In this document: positions 10,348 through 20,900 of the stretch, one piece after another
Numbering within the stretch: the first letter of the stretch is position 1
How the letters are laid out: each line of letters starts with the position of its first letter
Source of the DNA: Amphiscolops sp. MND2022
Taxonomy: Eukaryota
Reading direction: 5' to 3'
Length of the DNA: 64,000 nucleotides
Assembly: GCA_964187785.1 (NCBI GenBank)
Contig: OZ076409.1
Location: 32,924,001-32,988,000, forward strand
The notes under the pieces: model-generated
The model's input: only the letters and a program-made list of their open reading frames with translations
Databases searched by the model: none
Told to the model about the DNA's origin: nothing
Made by a program: the position numbers and the translations under genes

Positions 10348-13112
10348 AGCCCCTCTTGAAAGCAGCTCTGCAGCGTGCGCGCTATTGTGTAGCGGTAGAT
10401 TCGACATGCAAGAGTGATCTGCCTATCGATAACCTTCTGCCCGATGTGCTGGTGTTAACAATGCCACTCTCCCGCTTCGCCGAAGTCGCAGAGATGGTCG
10501 CGGTTATGTACGACCCAAATCTGAGAGGGTCCCTAAGAGAGCCACCCCCGCGACGTGTAGTCTTCACCAACTTGATCGACCACATGGCTTGTGAAGGACT
10601 GCTACACAACCTGGATGCCCTCATGGCAGATACCCGTAGACCTGGGAATGTGGCGCCCTTAGTAAACGTGGTTGCAGATGCAATGGAGCGTGCAGCAGGG
10701 ATCCTTCGAGGTCGTCTGGGAGCGCTCGCGCTCTTCACATCCCCGCCGGGATTCATGTATTGGCAACGAAGCTTGCAGCAGTTTGTGTACATCTTGTCTG
10801 AGGTATGCAAGGCGCGCCGAATCGAGTTTGCTATATGTGCGCCAAATCTTCGGGTTGATCGCGGAGACCTACGCCCCGATGCATTGTCATACCCTGCCTT
10901 CTTTGCTGCTGTATCAAGAGTGCTAATCACTGTGGAGCGATCGGGAAATGCACAACTGACTATCGACGATGCCATACTGTTCGACCATGGAATGTGTATG
11001 GGGCGAATGGCCTTCGACTTGGACGGGAATCGCGTCATGCGAGCATCTAACATGAGTGAGCGAGAGGCCGTTCGACGCTATAACTGGCTGGTGCGGAAAG
11101 ACAAAGAGATTCCCGTACGAACAGAGCTGGCAGAGCTCGTGAAGGAAATTGAAACATGGCCTGCCACACGCACGGTCGAAAGGACTATTCCCCAAATTCG
11201 GTTTGCCGCGGGAATAGAGCCTGTCAAGTTGCCCGTGGGCATGAGGCACGTCGTGGCTGTGGAGGCGACCAACTTGAAGACTGAAGTAGATGCCGCCGGA
11301 TTAACGTATGCCGAATGGTATCAGTCCAGATTCGTGGACAGAACCTTGGCCGAGGTAGCTCAAGAGCTTAACTGTCCCTTGGAAGCCTTTTGCACCAGTC
11401 TCGGACTAGGCTGGAACATCGATGTAATAGCCTCTGAGTTCTTGCTCACCAATGTGCAGACTGACAAATTGTTGGAAACCATCGGCGAAACTACTGTAGG
11501 AGAGATGTTAGCGCTCGCGCTAACCATGGGCCCGACAAAGTTTGTGGCAGGTCCCCTGGCTATGTTAGTCGAGCTGGTAGTATCCAGTGATCTAGTCACC
11601 TTTTACAGCTACCTGATCCTCGCGCAGGGACAGCTACGCAGCCTAACTCGATGGGGTCACCTCCTAAATTCCAAGGACCAACAAGATTATGTCACCCAGC
11701 TGGAACGCATGCGTGCGTCCCTCCAACATTGGTTGTATTCCACCCTAGTGTTCGCCTCTGGCTTGTTCGTAGGCGTGGATCAGTCGCAACCCCTCCACAA
11801 TTCCGAGCGTCAACTCCCTGCGGAAACGGCGGGATTTCCTATGCCTCAGCAAATCGCCGATTTGACTCTGGCCGAAGTGGAGGACTTCGTGGCTGTTATG
11901 GCTTCCGTCCTGGCCCCAATCTTCGGTGCGGTCGGTGTGTGCCGGTATCCCACCAAACCACTGGCGAGAGCAGTGCAGGTGCACATGGTCTCCTTCTGCA
12001 CCTATCTCCAAGGACGCCCCCCACTGACCTATCAGCGCATCGTACAGGCCGTATTGAGTGGCGAGATGCCGCATGGGTATACCACCTTGAAGTCGGAGAA
12101 ACAACTGGAAGAGAACTTGATGGGTCTGTTGCGTGCCCGCACACGAAAGGCGTGCCCTTTGCCACGAGAATACGGCCCAGTCAACTGGTACTCCGCGCCT
12201 CTCAGCCTGAATGGAGTCCCCTTTAGATTCCCTTGGTCGCAGGAGTTTATACGCAAAGTGATCCGTGCCAGCACTAGTGCTGGTCCACCAATAGATCCCC
12301 TGTACGCCTTCAAGTGCATCACCTTCCCAAATCACTACTGGAAGGAGCCACTGGGATGGCCCAGAGCAAAGCCCGTTGGTCGCGCCCCTGAAGCCTTCAA
12401 TCGACAAATCCAGTATATGGAATTGGCTCAGATTCCGAATTGGATTGAAGGAGCAGCTCAGACTCGTCAGAGGAACCTGCAAAGACACGTGACTCCGTTC
12501 CCTAGAAGAGCTGCCTGGAGACCGCAGGCCAAGATGACGATGTCAGGAGATATGTCCATCGTCCAGCACGATGAGATCAATTCCGTGCTAGGCCCCGAAG
12601 CCCGCGCAGAGTGGGAAGGATATTGCTTGGAGCTGGAGATTGCCAGCTTCCCAAAATGGAAGCGAGCTTGCGAGCTCTTGAGTCAGCCTGGCTGGGTCTC
12701 CAAACGAATATCCTTGGCCGTGGAGAGTAGAGCTGAACTCGAGAGACAACAGGCGTTCGCGCCTGCCATGCTGGTACCCACAATGGCCATGTCATTAAGT
12801 CATCCCATCGACCGGCCCGTGACTCTGGATTTGCCTACCCATGTTCTACAGCCAGAGCCTGTGAGTCCACCATCGACACAAACCAGTCCCCAGTCGTCGC
12901 AACCACAGTCCGGTGAGCATGCGGCTGAGCTAACCCCCGACGCCGTACTGGTACAGTCGACCGCTGAATTATCACTCCCTGAAGACGTTTCTGATTCAGA
13001 GACAGTGATTACCGTGACATCTCCACAGCGAAGAGCGTCAATAGCGTCGGAGGAAACCGGGGTTTCGGAGGATGCCTCCAAGAATCGAGCTCGACACAGC
13101 TCTGCCCAGTAG
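10344..13112 (+). CDS. Extra ORF of element A, 922 aa, with an N-terminal degenerate SGNH/GDSL-hydrolase-like domain
   Basis: Uninterrupted 922 aa ORF. YCVAVDST, VLVLTMPLSRFAEVAEMV, RVVFTNLIDH and GDLRPDALSYPAFFAAVSRVL fall in the order of SGNH blocks I, II, III and V. The ORF is secure; the domain call is tentative. Confidence 0.65.
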   Translation: MKPLLKAALQRARYCVAVDSTCKSDLPIDNLLPDVLVLTMPLSRFAEVAEMVAVMYDPNLRGSLREPPPRRVVFTNLIDHMACEGLLHNLDALMADTRRPGNVAPLVNVVADAMERAAGILRGRLGALALFTSPPGFMYWQRSLQQFVYILSEVCKARRIEFAICAPNLRVDRGDLRPDALSYPAFFAAVSRVLITVERSGNAQLTIDDAILFDHGMCMGRMAFDLDGNRVMRASNMSEREAVRRYNWLVRKDKEIPVRTELAELVKEIETWPATRTVERTIPQIRFAAGIEPVKLPVGMRHVVAVEATNLKTEVDAAGLTYAEWYQSRFVDRTLAEVAQELNCPLEAFCTSLGLGWNIDVIASEFLLTNVQTDKLLETIGETTVGEMLALALTMGPTKFVAGPLAMLVELVVSSDLVTFYSYLILAQGQLRSLTRWGHLLNSKDQQDYVTQLERMRASLQHWLYSTLVFASGLFVGVDQSQPLHNSERQLPAETAGFPMPQQIADLTLAEVEDFVAVMASVLAPIFGAVGVCRYPTKPLARAVQVHMVSFCTYLQGRPPLTYQRIVQAVLSGEMPHGYTTLKSEKQLEENLMGLLRARTRKACPLPREYGPVNWYSAPLSLNGVPFRFPWSQEFIRKVIRASTSAGPPIDPLYAFKCITFPNHYWKEPLGWPRAKPVGRAPEAFNRQIQYMELAQIPNWIEGAAQTRQRNLQRHVTPFPRRAAWRPQAKMTMSGDMSIVQHDEINSVLGPEARAEWEGYCLELEIASFPKWKRACELLSQPGWVSKRISLAVESRAELERQQAFAPAMLVPTMAMSLSHPIDRPVTLDLPTHVLQPEPVSPPSTQTSPQSSQPQSGEHAAELTPDAVLVQSTAELSLPEDVSDSETVITVTSPQRRASIASEETGVSEDASKNRARHSSAQ

Positions 13113-13868
13113 ACCTTGCCGTCAATTGTAGCGTTCGCGCTCCTATTAAACTCCAAACTCTGCCAATTCTTTGCCTCAAACTTATAGCCTTAACTGGTGC
13201 TACCTCATACAAGGTGCAATTTTTGTTAGAAGTTATTTGTTACTTAGTTAGTATGTTGTTAGTATTGCGCTGGGTGTACGGCCAATAGAGTGCGCCTGCC
13301 CCAGCTGCTTGGCCTACAAATTTGAAAAAGAATCTATTACCAAAGAAAAACTGCTGTTTTTGTTGCGCACCGTTCGCGGTGTTTTTGAGTTGCCATAGTC
13401 GAGAAAAAGTTCTAGCTTTTCAGTTACAGTTTTAGCTGTTTTTTCTAAATTTTTCGTTCAAACATCTTCTATCGACTGTCTGAGGAGTAGGCAAGTCTGC
13501 GCTCTCCCAAAAGAAGTTTTACATTGCCCGAAATTGACTGAAAACTGTAAATGGCAAACTGCATAAAAAAAGAGATTTTAGCTGACCCAGGTCGCAAAAG
13601 AGTTTTTAGCGAAAACTGTTTACTTAGACGAGTTTTAACCGACTGAAAACCTGAGCCCTCGAGCTGGTGCTAAAACCTCGTTTGCATTTTTGTACAAATA
13701 CCCAGGCAGTAACATTTTCCTTGGAAAAAACCGCGAAATTTGACAAAAATAGTTGCTGAAAAACAAGGACTCGTCCTTGTCCCCTGTGGTGTGGATGATG
13801 GTTCCCAGCAGTCACTGCGATGCCGTTTCCAGACGAGGCCAGATGCCGCTTGCCAGGGACGACAAGCC

Positions 13869-13885
13869 AGAAGCCCGGGGAGTGA
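13869..13885 (+). other. Polypurine tract of element A
   Basis: AGAAGCCCGGGGAGTGA immediately before the LTR start TGTAAC. Confidence 0.6.
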
Positions 13886-14600
13886 TGTAACGGCAACTGC
13901 CCATGTCAAAATTTTCGAAGCAAAAATTCGTTCAAATCTGACGTGGCACTCAAACATGCTCCAGACGAAAGACCTGTCAAAAAAGCATATCAGAAATCAG
14001 AAATCGCCCCCCGCGAGAGACGACGAGAAGAGAAGACGTAGAAATCAGTCCCTAGAACACGGTGATGTGCCCATCTTTAGCATTTACACTACATAGGTAA
14101 CAGAAACCGGTGTTCCAGATGCTCGCCTGAAGATCCTGCGGTGTCCTGTGCGGTGACGAGCGCTAGCGCTGGGAAGCCATGGTCGATTCGTTCCTGTTAG
14201 ATAACTCGAACTTCTGATATTGTTATGCTTATTGTGCTTTCCTTGTTGTAGTAGATTGATATGCTCGAGAGCTGCCCATTTAACATCTGTAGTTACCACT
14301 TTTGATGTCGATTTTATCAGATTCTCCAATACTATGGCTCAACATTCTCCTGTTTTCAGCCCCCTTTTTAAAGGCTAATTGAGCAGTGGTCTTGAGACAT
14401 GCAAGATGCCCGTTACTTTTAGCAGTTACAGACTAGGACCAGGCCAGAGAGTTTCCAACAAGACGGTTCCCCCACCTTGGGACTGGCTCCTTCGGAGGGA
14501 AAATGAGCTAGGGCCGCGGAGATCTAAGTCCCGGATTATATTCGCTGTTCTAGTTCCTCCACTCTACGTTGCGGTTCAAGCGCCAGCGCTTATTGTTACA
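13886..14600 (+). repeat. 3' LTR of element A (715 bp)
   Basis: Starts TGTAAC and ends GTTACA (6-bp terminal inverted repeat). It is preceded by a PPT and followed directly by the tail of a host interspersed repeat. The partner LTR is not in the window. Confidence 0.8.
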
Positions 14601-15045
14601 TTAGGTATGGCGCCGACTTGGGCCGTTCCCGGCTTTTTTTCTGTATTGTGAGACCTTATTCTTTTTAAATCTAACGAATCTTTTTTCGAAAAAAAAATGA
14701 ATTGAAAAACTAATTTTAATTATTTTTCGTTTCGAGTAACCAAAAACACGGTTTTTGAGCGTTATCCGTATCCCTTCGGGTATTTTTCAGTCCTGAGAAA
14801 ATCGATGGAATTTTAGCAAAAAGTCTTTAACATATTTAAGAAACATGAGCGGGCGCCGATTTGGGCTGGTCCCAGCTTGTTGATGTTTCCAGTCGGGGAA
14901 ACACTACTTTCAATTTTCATAGGTTTCCTTTCGCGTATTTTTAGGCAATATGAACTTTCAAACAAATATACTTTCAAACAATAATGTTATTTTGCATATC
15001 AACAACCTTGAGCGCAGTGCCGTCTAGGGCCATTCTTGGCTTGTT
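14601..15045 (+). repeat. Cluster of 3' ends of a short interspersed repeat (GGCGCCGACTTGGGCCGTTCCCGGCTTGTT family)
   Basis: Variants at about 14601-14640, 14851-14881 and 15006-15045. The same end recurs at about 56467-56503. Confidence 0.7.
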
Positions 15046-16171
15046 ATAACTTAGCATTATTGATGATGGAAACTAGGTGGTATTATTGCTTGGCTTCTCG
15101 TTACTAAAACATTGAAAGAAATGGCACGTTTCCGAAATCTTGTTTCCGCTTGGTTTTTGACCATCAACAGAACTATGAAATTCATTTCAGAAGTAACAAA
15201 TTTTTGCCGATCAGTAACTGTCTGGAGCTATTGACAGCTCGTTATGCTGGTTGAAACAATATTTGACCGCTGTAAATTTAATTTATCAACGTATATCAGT
15301 TTCTGAAAGAAAAACTTTCACAAAATAGAACAAGAGTATTCAGTGTACTAACTTTTAGGCACTCGACTTAATGCATTCAGAAGAGCTTTCTTCATAAGAT
15401 CTGCCGAAATGCTCAATTGTCTTTTCCGTAACTATGTCATCGATGGCTTCGACAATGAGAGCATGAAAATCTCTAGAAAAATTGCGCTGGCTGAATGGAC
15501 ATGAGTGTTCTTCCTCTATTCGTGTTATTCATGTGATATATGCAAATGTTGAAATTTTCGTCTCGGAAGAATTAAGTCTTTCTCTCTTCCTAATTTCAAA
15601 ATTGAGTTCTTGATAAACCATTTCTGTAAAAACAGCTCCTCCGGACTTCAGTACTTTAGAGAAGTTTTCAAATTGATTTTAAAATATAAGATTTTATTTA
15701 GAGATTTGCTGGAACAACTTGTAGTATGAATCTACTAGTCTGTGACGATTTCACTCTTGGTCATGCAAATTATTGCTTCTTCAAGCAATCTCAGTCCAAT
15801 TGCTGAAGAAGCCGGTCACAATCTCAAAGGACATTCAACAGCAACTCCAGGCCTTAGTCTCAACCCACACCAGCCAAATCCAAAACAGCCATTGCAATTG
15901 CTACTGAACAATGACCAAACGTTGAAAGACAAAATTTACGAGATAACTGGCTTTGGAGGAAAAATTTTATGATTTACCATGTAGTTTTGCAGTGAAAGAA
16001 TTTCAAACGAAGACGGCACCCTACTACTATTTCTCAATAACTCATTCCTGCACCACAAATCTCTTAAAATCTTCCATGTTTTTTGCATGTTGATGCTACG
16101 AAAACCTTCCAAGAATACGAAATCGACATCTCAAGTGAACCCGGGGTTCCCTCCCATACAAAAACAGGTCA

Positions 16172-16420
16172 ATCATACTCTGCCATCATAGTCACAGTAT
16201 GATTCCAGGCTGATCATACTCTGGACCATAAAGGTTTATGGTTCCAGGCTGATCATACTCTGGATATATATGGTCCAGTCTATGATCAGCCTGGAACCAT
16301 AAAAAAGCAAAGTTTATGGTTCCAGCCTGACCATATTCTGGGCCATATATGGTTCAGTCTATTTTCAGCCTGAAACCATAAACCTTCATTGCCCAGAGTA
16401 TGGTCAGCCTGGAGCCATAA
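16172..16420. repeat. Minisatellite of about 33 bp with units in both orientations (foldback)
   Basis: Unit ATG(A/G)TTCCAGGCTGATCATACTCTGGACCATA, with inverted copies such as TATGATCAGCCTGGAACCATA. Confidence 0.85.
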
Positions 16421-16847
16421 AAAGAAAATTAGGATAATGTAGTCAATTAACTCATACACTGATGAAATTACAAGATATTCCTCAACCAAAGGTCTAATAC
16501 AATCACCAAATTGAAAACAAGGTAGCAATCATCAATTTTGGGCATCTCTTGCTGAATTATTGGTATCTTTTCTCGAAATAATCGAAAATCATACTGCAAG
16601 GTGGGTATTGCTATAACAAAAGAGTTAGTTATTAACTAAGGAGTGGCTGAGAACGAACTGAGTTACTATAGTTTGTCTTTAACTCCGCTTAGAGCTTAAC
16701 GGAGTTCTGACCTTCAATGTATCGTTCGCAGATAAAAAAGGTCGAATGTGGCTCCATTGCCCTCAGTCTATAAAGCTGGCAGTTCTCAATATTTGAAGTT
16801 TTTTGCTTGGGTTGCATGTCACGTCAACACACGTTTGAACAAAAATT

Positions 16848-17043
16848 TATGATTCCAGGCTGACCATACTCTGGAACATACATGATTTCAGGCCGATCAT
16901 ACTCTGGACCATATATGATTCCAGGCTGATCATACTCTGCACCATAAATGATTCCAGGCCGATCATGGCAAGATCATAGTAAGGAAATTTGTATGATTTC
17001 TATGGTGCCATAATATGGTCAGATTATGATCGGCCTGGCCGGG
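16848..17043. repeat. Second block of the same minisatellite, ending in an inverted unit
   Basis: About four direct units ATGATTCCAGGCTGATCATACTCTGGACCATA, then an inverted TATGATCGGCCTGG. Confidence 0.8.
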
Positions 17044-17399
17044 AAACCCGGGAAATTTCCCGAAAAACGAATGAAATAGTGAGTCGATGGCGAAATCGAT
17101 CTGATATACATGAAAAGCAGAGCATATCAGCAGGATTTGCATACATCTGGCATACCCCACTCAAGTCGCAAAGTGGTTTTCGTCAAACTAGTTCTGCAAG
17201 GCAGGGAATTCAAACTTTGAGGTTTTGGTTTAGAGTTTGCAAAAAAAGGGTTTGAGAACCAACGTTGGCCCACTCACTTTAACATTTTTTTCGCCTTTGA
17301 AGTTTTGGAAACGTTGCAAATTCAAAAACACCTTGTAAAGAGATGTTGATTGTCGATAACATATAACGAAACAAGTTTCGTTTGATAATGCTTGACCTG

Positions 17400-17840
17400 C
17401 GACTAAGTAATATTTTTTAGGTCTAATGATATACGATTGAGCTCAGTCAGCAAGATATGGGTTTTCCTCAAGGAATTTCCAAGTGATTTTTTCTTGGTGA
17501 CTGTTCGACAGTAGTTTGCTTGGAGAAGACCTTTAGTTTGATTCTTCGTTGAACATTCGTTTTTGAGTTCAGGCAAAATAGCACAGGGACGAATTCGTCG
17601 TGAACGTTCCTTCAGCAATTCACTATGATACAGTTCGAAAACAGTGAGAATTCCGTTGTCGAGTAGGGTGTCATTGATAGGATCCTAATTTGCGTTGAAA
17701 AAGATTGTTATCATTATTTGACGCTGGGCTCCTTCAATCTTTTCTGAACGTGTTTTGACCGCTGTACCGTAGAGCTGCATTATCGATTTCGCGAACGAGT
17801 GGTAGAATAAAAGCAGATACTTTCGTGGAATTTACATTTT
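17400..17840 (-). mobile_element. 3' fragment of a CR1/L2-like LINE ORF2
   Basis: The minus strand reads LLLFYHSFAKSIMQLYGTAVKTRSEKIEGAQRQIMITIFF...NGILTVFELY...TKGLLQANYCRTVTKKKSLGNSLRK, resembling the post-RT C-terminus of APE LINEs. Confidence 0.6.
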
Positions 17841-17976
17841 TCGATAAAATTTTGTTTGATAAATGGTGTTTTGTTTATTGAGAGAACCATAATGAGGCGA
17901 CTTAGAAACATAGGTCTATTTTAAATATTAAGTTTGAGATGAAAGTACAAAAAATTGACAACCACTGATGAAACTT

Positions 17977-20900
17977 GTTGTTTTTCCGATTTTGGTAGAA
18001 AATGGCACGCTTTTATATCAACATTCTGCAATCTATAGTGCATGAAAGTGTAAAAAAAATTTGAGTAAATTACCCAACGGAGGCCATTTGTTATCGTAGA
18101 TAGATCAATTATGTATTCGCGCCTCAAGAGTTTGAATTTCCTTCTGTATTTTGTCTATTTTGAGTCTTCTTTCCGATAAATTGTTTTGTAAATGCAAAAT
18201 ATTCTTCTTCTGGGATTCCATATTGTCTTATAATTGTCCTAAGCAAGCTTTCAGAGTTACGTTTTTCAAATTTTGAAGTATTATTTATTTCATTAAAGGC
18301 CATATTGTGATTTTTGACAGAATAACTTCTAAGGTTTTGTTTTTCAGTCGCGTAATGTTGTTGAAGAAAACTATTTTGATAGGTAAACACGCGACTGTCC
18401 TCTATGCTGCCTGCAAGTCCTAATTACTTAGTCCTCTGGTCACAGCCCCAGAGTTTCTGTGGAGAAATAGATCAACTGACAACGCCTGAGGAGAGAAGCG
18501 AAGAAAGTGACCAGAAAGAAACCGAAGAATGAGCATAAGAACCTGAAAGAACCAAACCAACAAACAACAATTAAAATACAAACAATTAAATAGGTACTTA
18601 AATATTTTTAATAACTTGACCATTGTGCAGTACCTAAAATACATAAAAACGTAAATACTTAAATAATATTAACTGCAATGAGTGTGATTTGTTTACAGTA
18701 AAACGAACGTGCTGATTGAAATTAATCCTACCACCGCGCCGACCAGCTTACTGCCACATTAACAGCGGAGCTAAACAAATTTATTTTCATTTTTTTAAAT
18801 TAACCAGTCAGCGCTTAGCGCAATTTCACTGTGCTAACTGAGTGGCCTCTTCAGGCAGCTCACCAGTCAACCGAAAACTGGGACGCACGCCCAGTCGCTC
18901 GATTAAATTAACAATAATGATGCTAAAGATGATGAATATTTTGTACAATTCTAATGTAATTCCAAATTAAAAGAAGTTGAAATATGGGAAAACAAGTACG
19001 GCAAGGAAGAAATATCCACCTATAACGTACTATCGATGCTAATAAATGTATTTACTACTGCTACTTTAGAGTCAACCACCCAGGAAACCGATTAAACAGA
19101 CAATTTTGAGTCTAAATCCCGGATGTTGAATTTGTTAAATTATAGACTAAATACCCACCAATATCAGTACACGCAACCCTTTATGAAACAAATTGACCCC
19201 GTGGAAACTAAATCATGAAGAACAGTGCAGAAATTTGATGCAAATGTTATTTGTTAAATGTTAAGTGCTGACCACAATTATTCGAATTTGAGACAACACT
19301 CCAGTCTCTCAATTGGCGATTATGAATTGTGAATGTTCGTATAACCCATAAGACTATTTAGCTCAACGATATTTGTAATTTTCATTCGTTAGTGCAATAT
19401 TATCCTTTCCCTCATGTGGTAACCACTTTAGTATGTCAATATTTGTTAATCGTTCCATTCGGAGTGAAATTTGATCATGCAATTTGAGTCAACGTCCTGG
19501 TCAACCGCTCAATCAACCTAAAGTAGAACGTGCTACCAGGGTTGTGACCAGAATAAATAATAGTTTATTTCCCGCTAAATCCTAATTATGAGCAGTATTT
19601 ATTTGACGTTTTATTGGAAATTGTATTTATATCATATTTTGTTATGCGGTTGAATGGCATTTTATTTCGATGTAAACTTTGTTTCTTTTCCCGCGTTAGT
19701 AGCTAAATTTTTGAACTTTTATTGCCAACTTCATCCTCGGCGTCACTAATTGGCGGGGAATGAAGGAGAAGTGACGCGGAATTGGAACTTTGGCAGGAAG
19801 TTGATTCCCACTGTTCCTAAAGTGGGATGACGCCGAGAGCCGATGTCCGAGGAAGCCTACCTAATTCGGAAATTCCTCGCCTCGGAAGGACGCCGGGCTG
19901 AACGAGGTGTGAGTTCACGCGCGGGATTTATCCTGCGTGTCTAGCGAAAAGTAATAATACCTAAGGCGGATTAAGAAAAGAGTAGTTGGAATTTTAGAAT
20001 CCAGCCTTGTGTATGTTTAATTCACTATTATTCCAACTAATTGTTCTCTTTTTTTTTGTAAACTCATTCCCGAGAATATCTTAATCTGAATCATGTTCAT
20101 CGAGTAATTCAAGTCTCGTCAGCTTTGAAATCCTATTCCTCAATGCCTGAGAAATTCCAGAAGAGAAAAATAAGGTGAGACCCAGCAGAGGATTCAGACC
20201 TCATAGAGAGTTCTAGTACCTCTACCGACGAAAATAACTGTATTTCGGAGCAGGATTTGAAGAGATTACTATCAAAGTTGAAAATAGAATGTCAAAATGT
20301 TTGAGAGATACTGAGCATTGTCAAAGAGAAATACTCAAGTTGATTGAAAATCTATCTGCCAAGGTGGATAATTTGACTAATTCAGCTTCATTACACCCAG
20401 GTTGTTTTTCCGATTTTGGTAGAAAATGGCACGCTTTTATATCAACATTCTGCAATCTATAGTGCAAGAAAGTGTAAAAAAATTTGAGTAAATCACCCAA
20501 CGGAGGCCATTTGTTATCGTAGATAGATCAATTATGTATTCGCGCCTCAAGAGTTTGAATTTCCTTCTGTATTTTGTCTATTTTGAGTCTTCTTTCCGAT
20601 AAATCTTTTTGTAAATGCAAAATATTCTTCTTCTGGGATTCCATATTGTCTTATAATTGTCCTAAGCAAGCTTTCAGAGTTACTTTTTTCAAATTTTGAA
20701 GATTTATTTATTTCATTAAAGGCCATATTGTGATTTTTGACACATAAGAACTTCTAAGGTTTTGTTTTTCATTCGCGTAATATTGTTGAAGAAAACTATT
20801 TTGATAGGTAAACACGCGACTGTCCTCTATGCTGCCTGCAAGTCCTAATTACTTAGTCCTCTGGTCACAGCCCCAGAGTTGCTGTGGAGAAATAGATCAA

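Larger units (their letters stand above)
1..14600 (+). mobile_element. Ty3/Gypsy LTR retrotransposon A with extra 3' ORFs (5' LTR upstream of the window)
   Basis: Order gag (CCHC), PR (DTG), RT (YIDD), RNase H (TDAS), IN (HHCC, D,D) is the Gypsy order. It is followed by extra ORFs, a purine-rich tract and an LTR bounded by TGTAAC...GTTACA. Confidence 0.93.

Noticed and set aside
10382..12488. Minus-strand ORFs of 223 and 247 aa, and many similar short overlapping ORFs across the window
   Set aside because: Shadow frames of long coding regions with no recognisable motifs.
8857..13112. env gene
   Set aside because: The position fits, but there is no signal peptide, furin site plus fusion peptide, or clear C-terminal TM anchor.
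15060..16170. Possible decayed coding sequence on the minus strand
   Set aside because: Only short open stretches; I could not recognise any family.
16172..17043. CRISPR-like array of about 33 bp repeats
   Set aside because: Units abut or invert with no unique equal-length spacers, there are no cas genes, and the context is eukaryotic.
17921..18390. Host gene exon or LINE 5' region in the duplicated flank
   Set aside because: Short AT-rich ORFs with no motif, and the second copy is disrupted.
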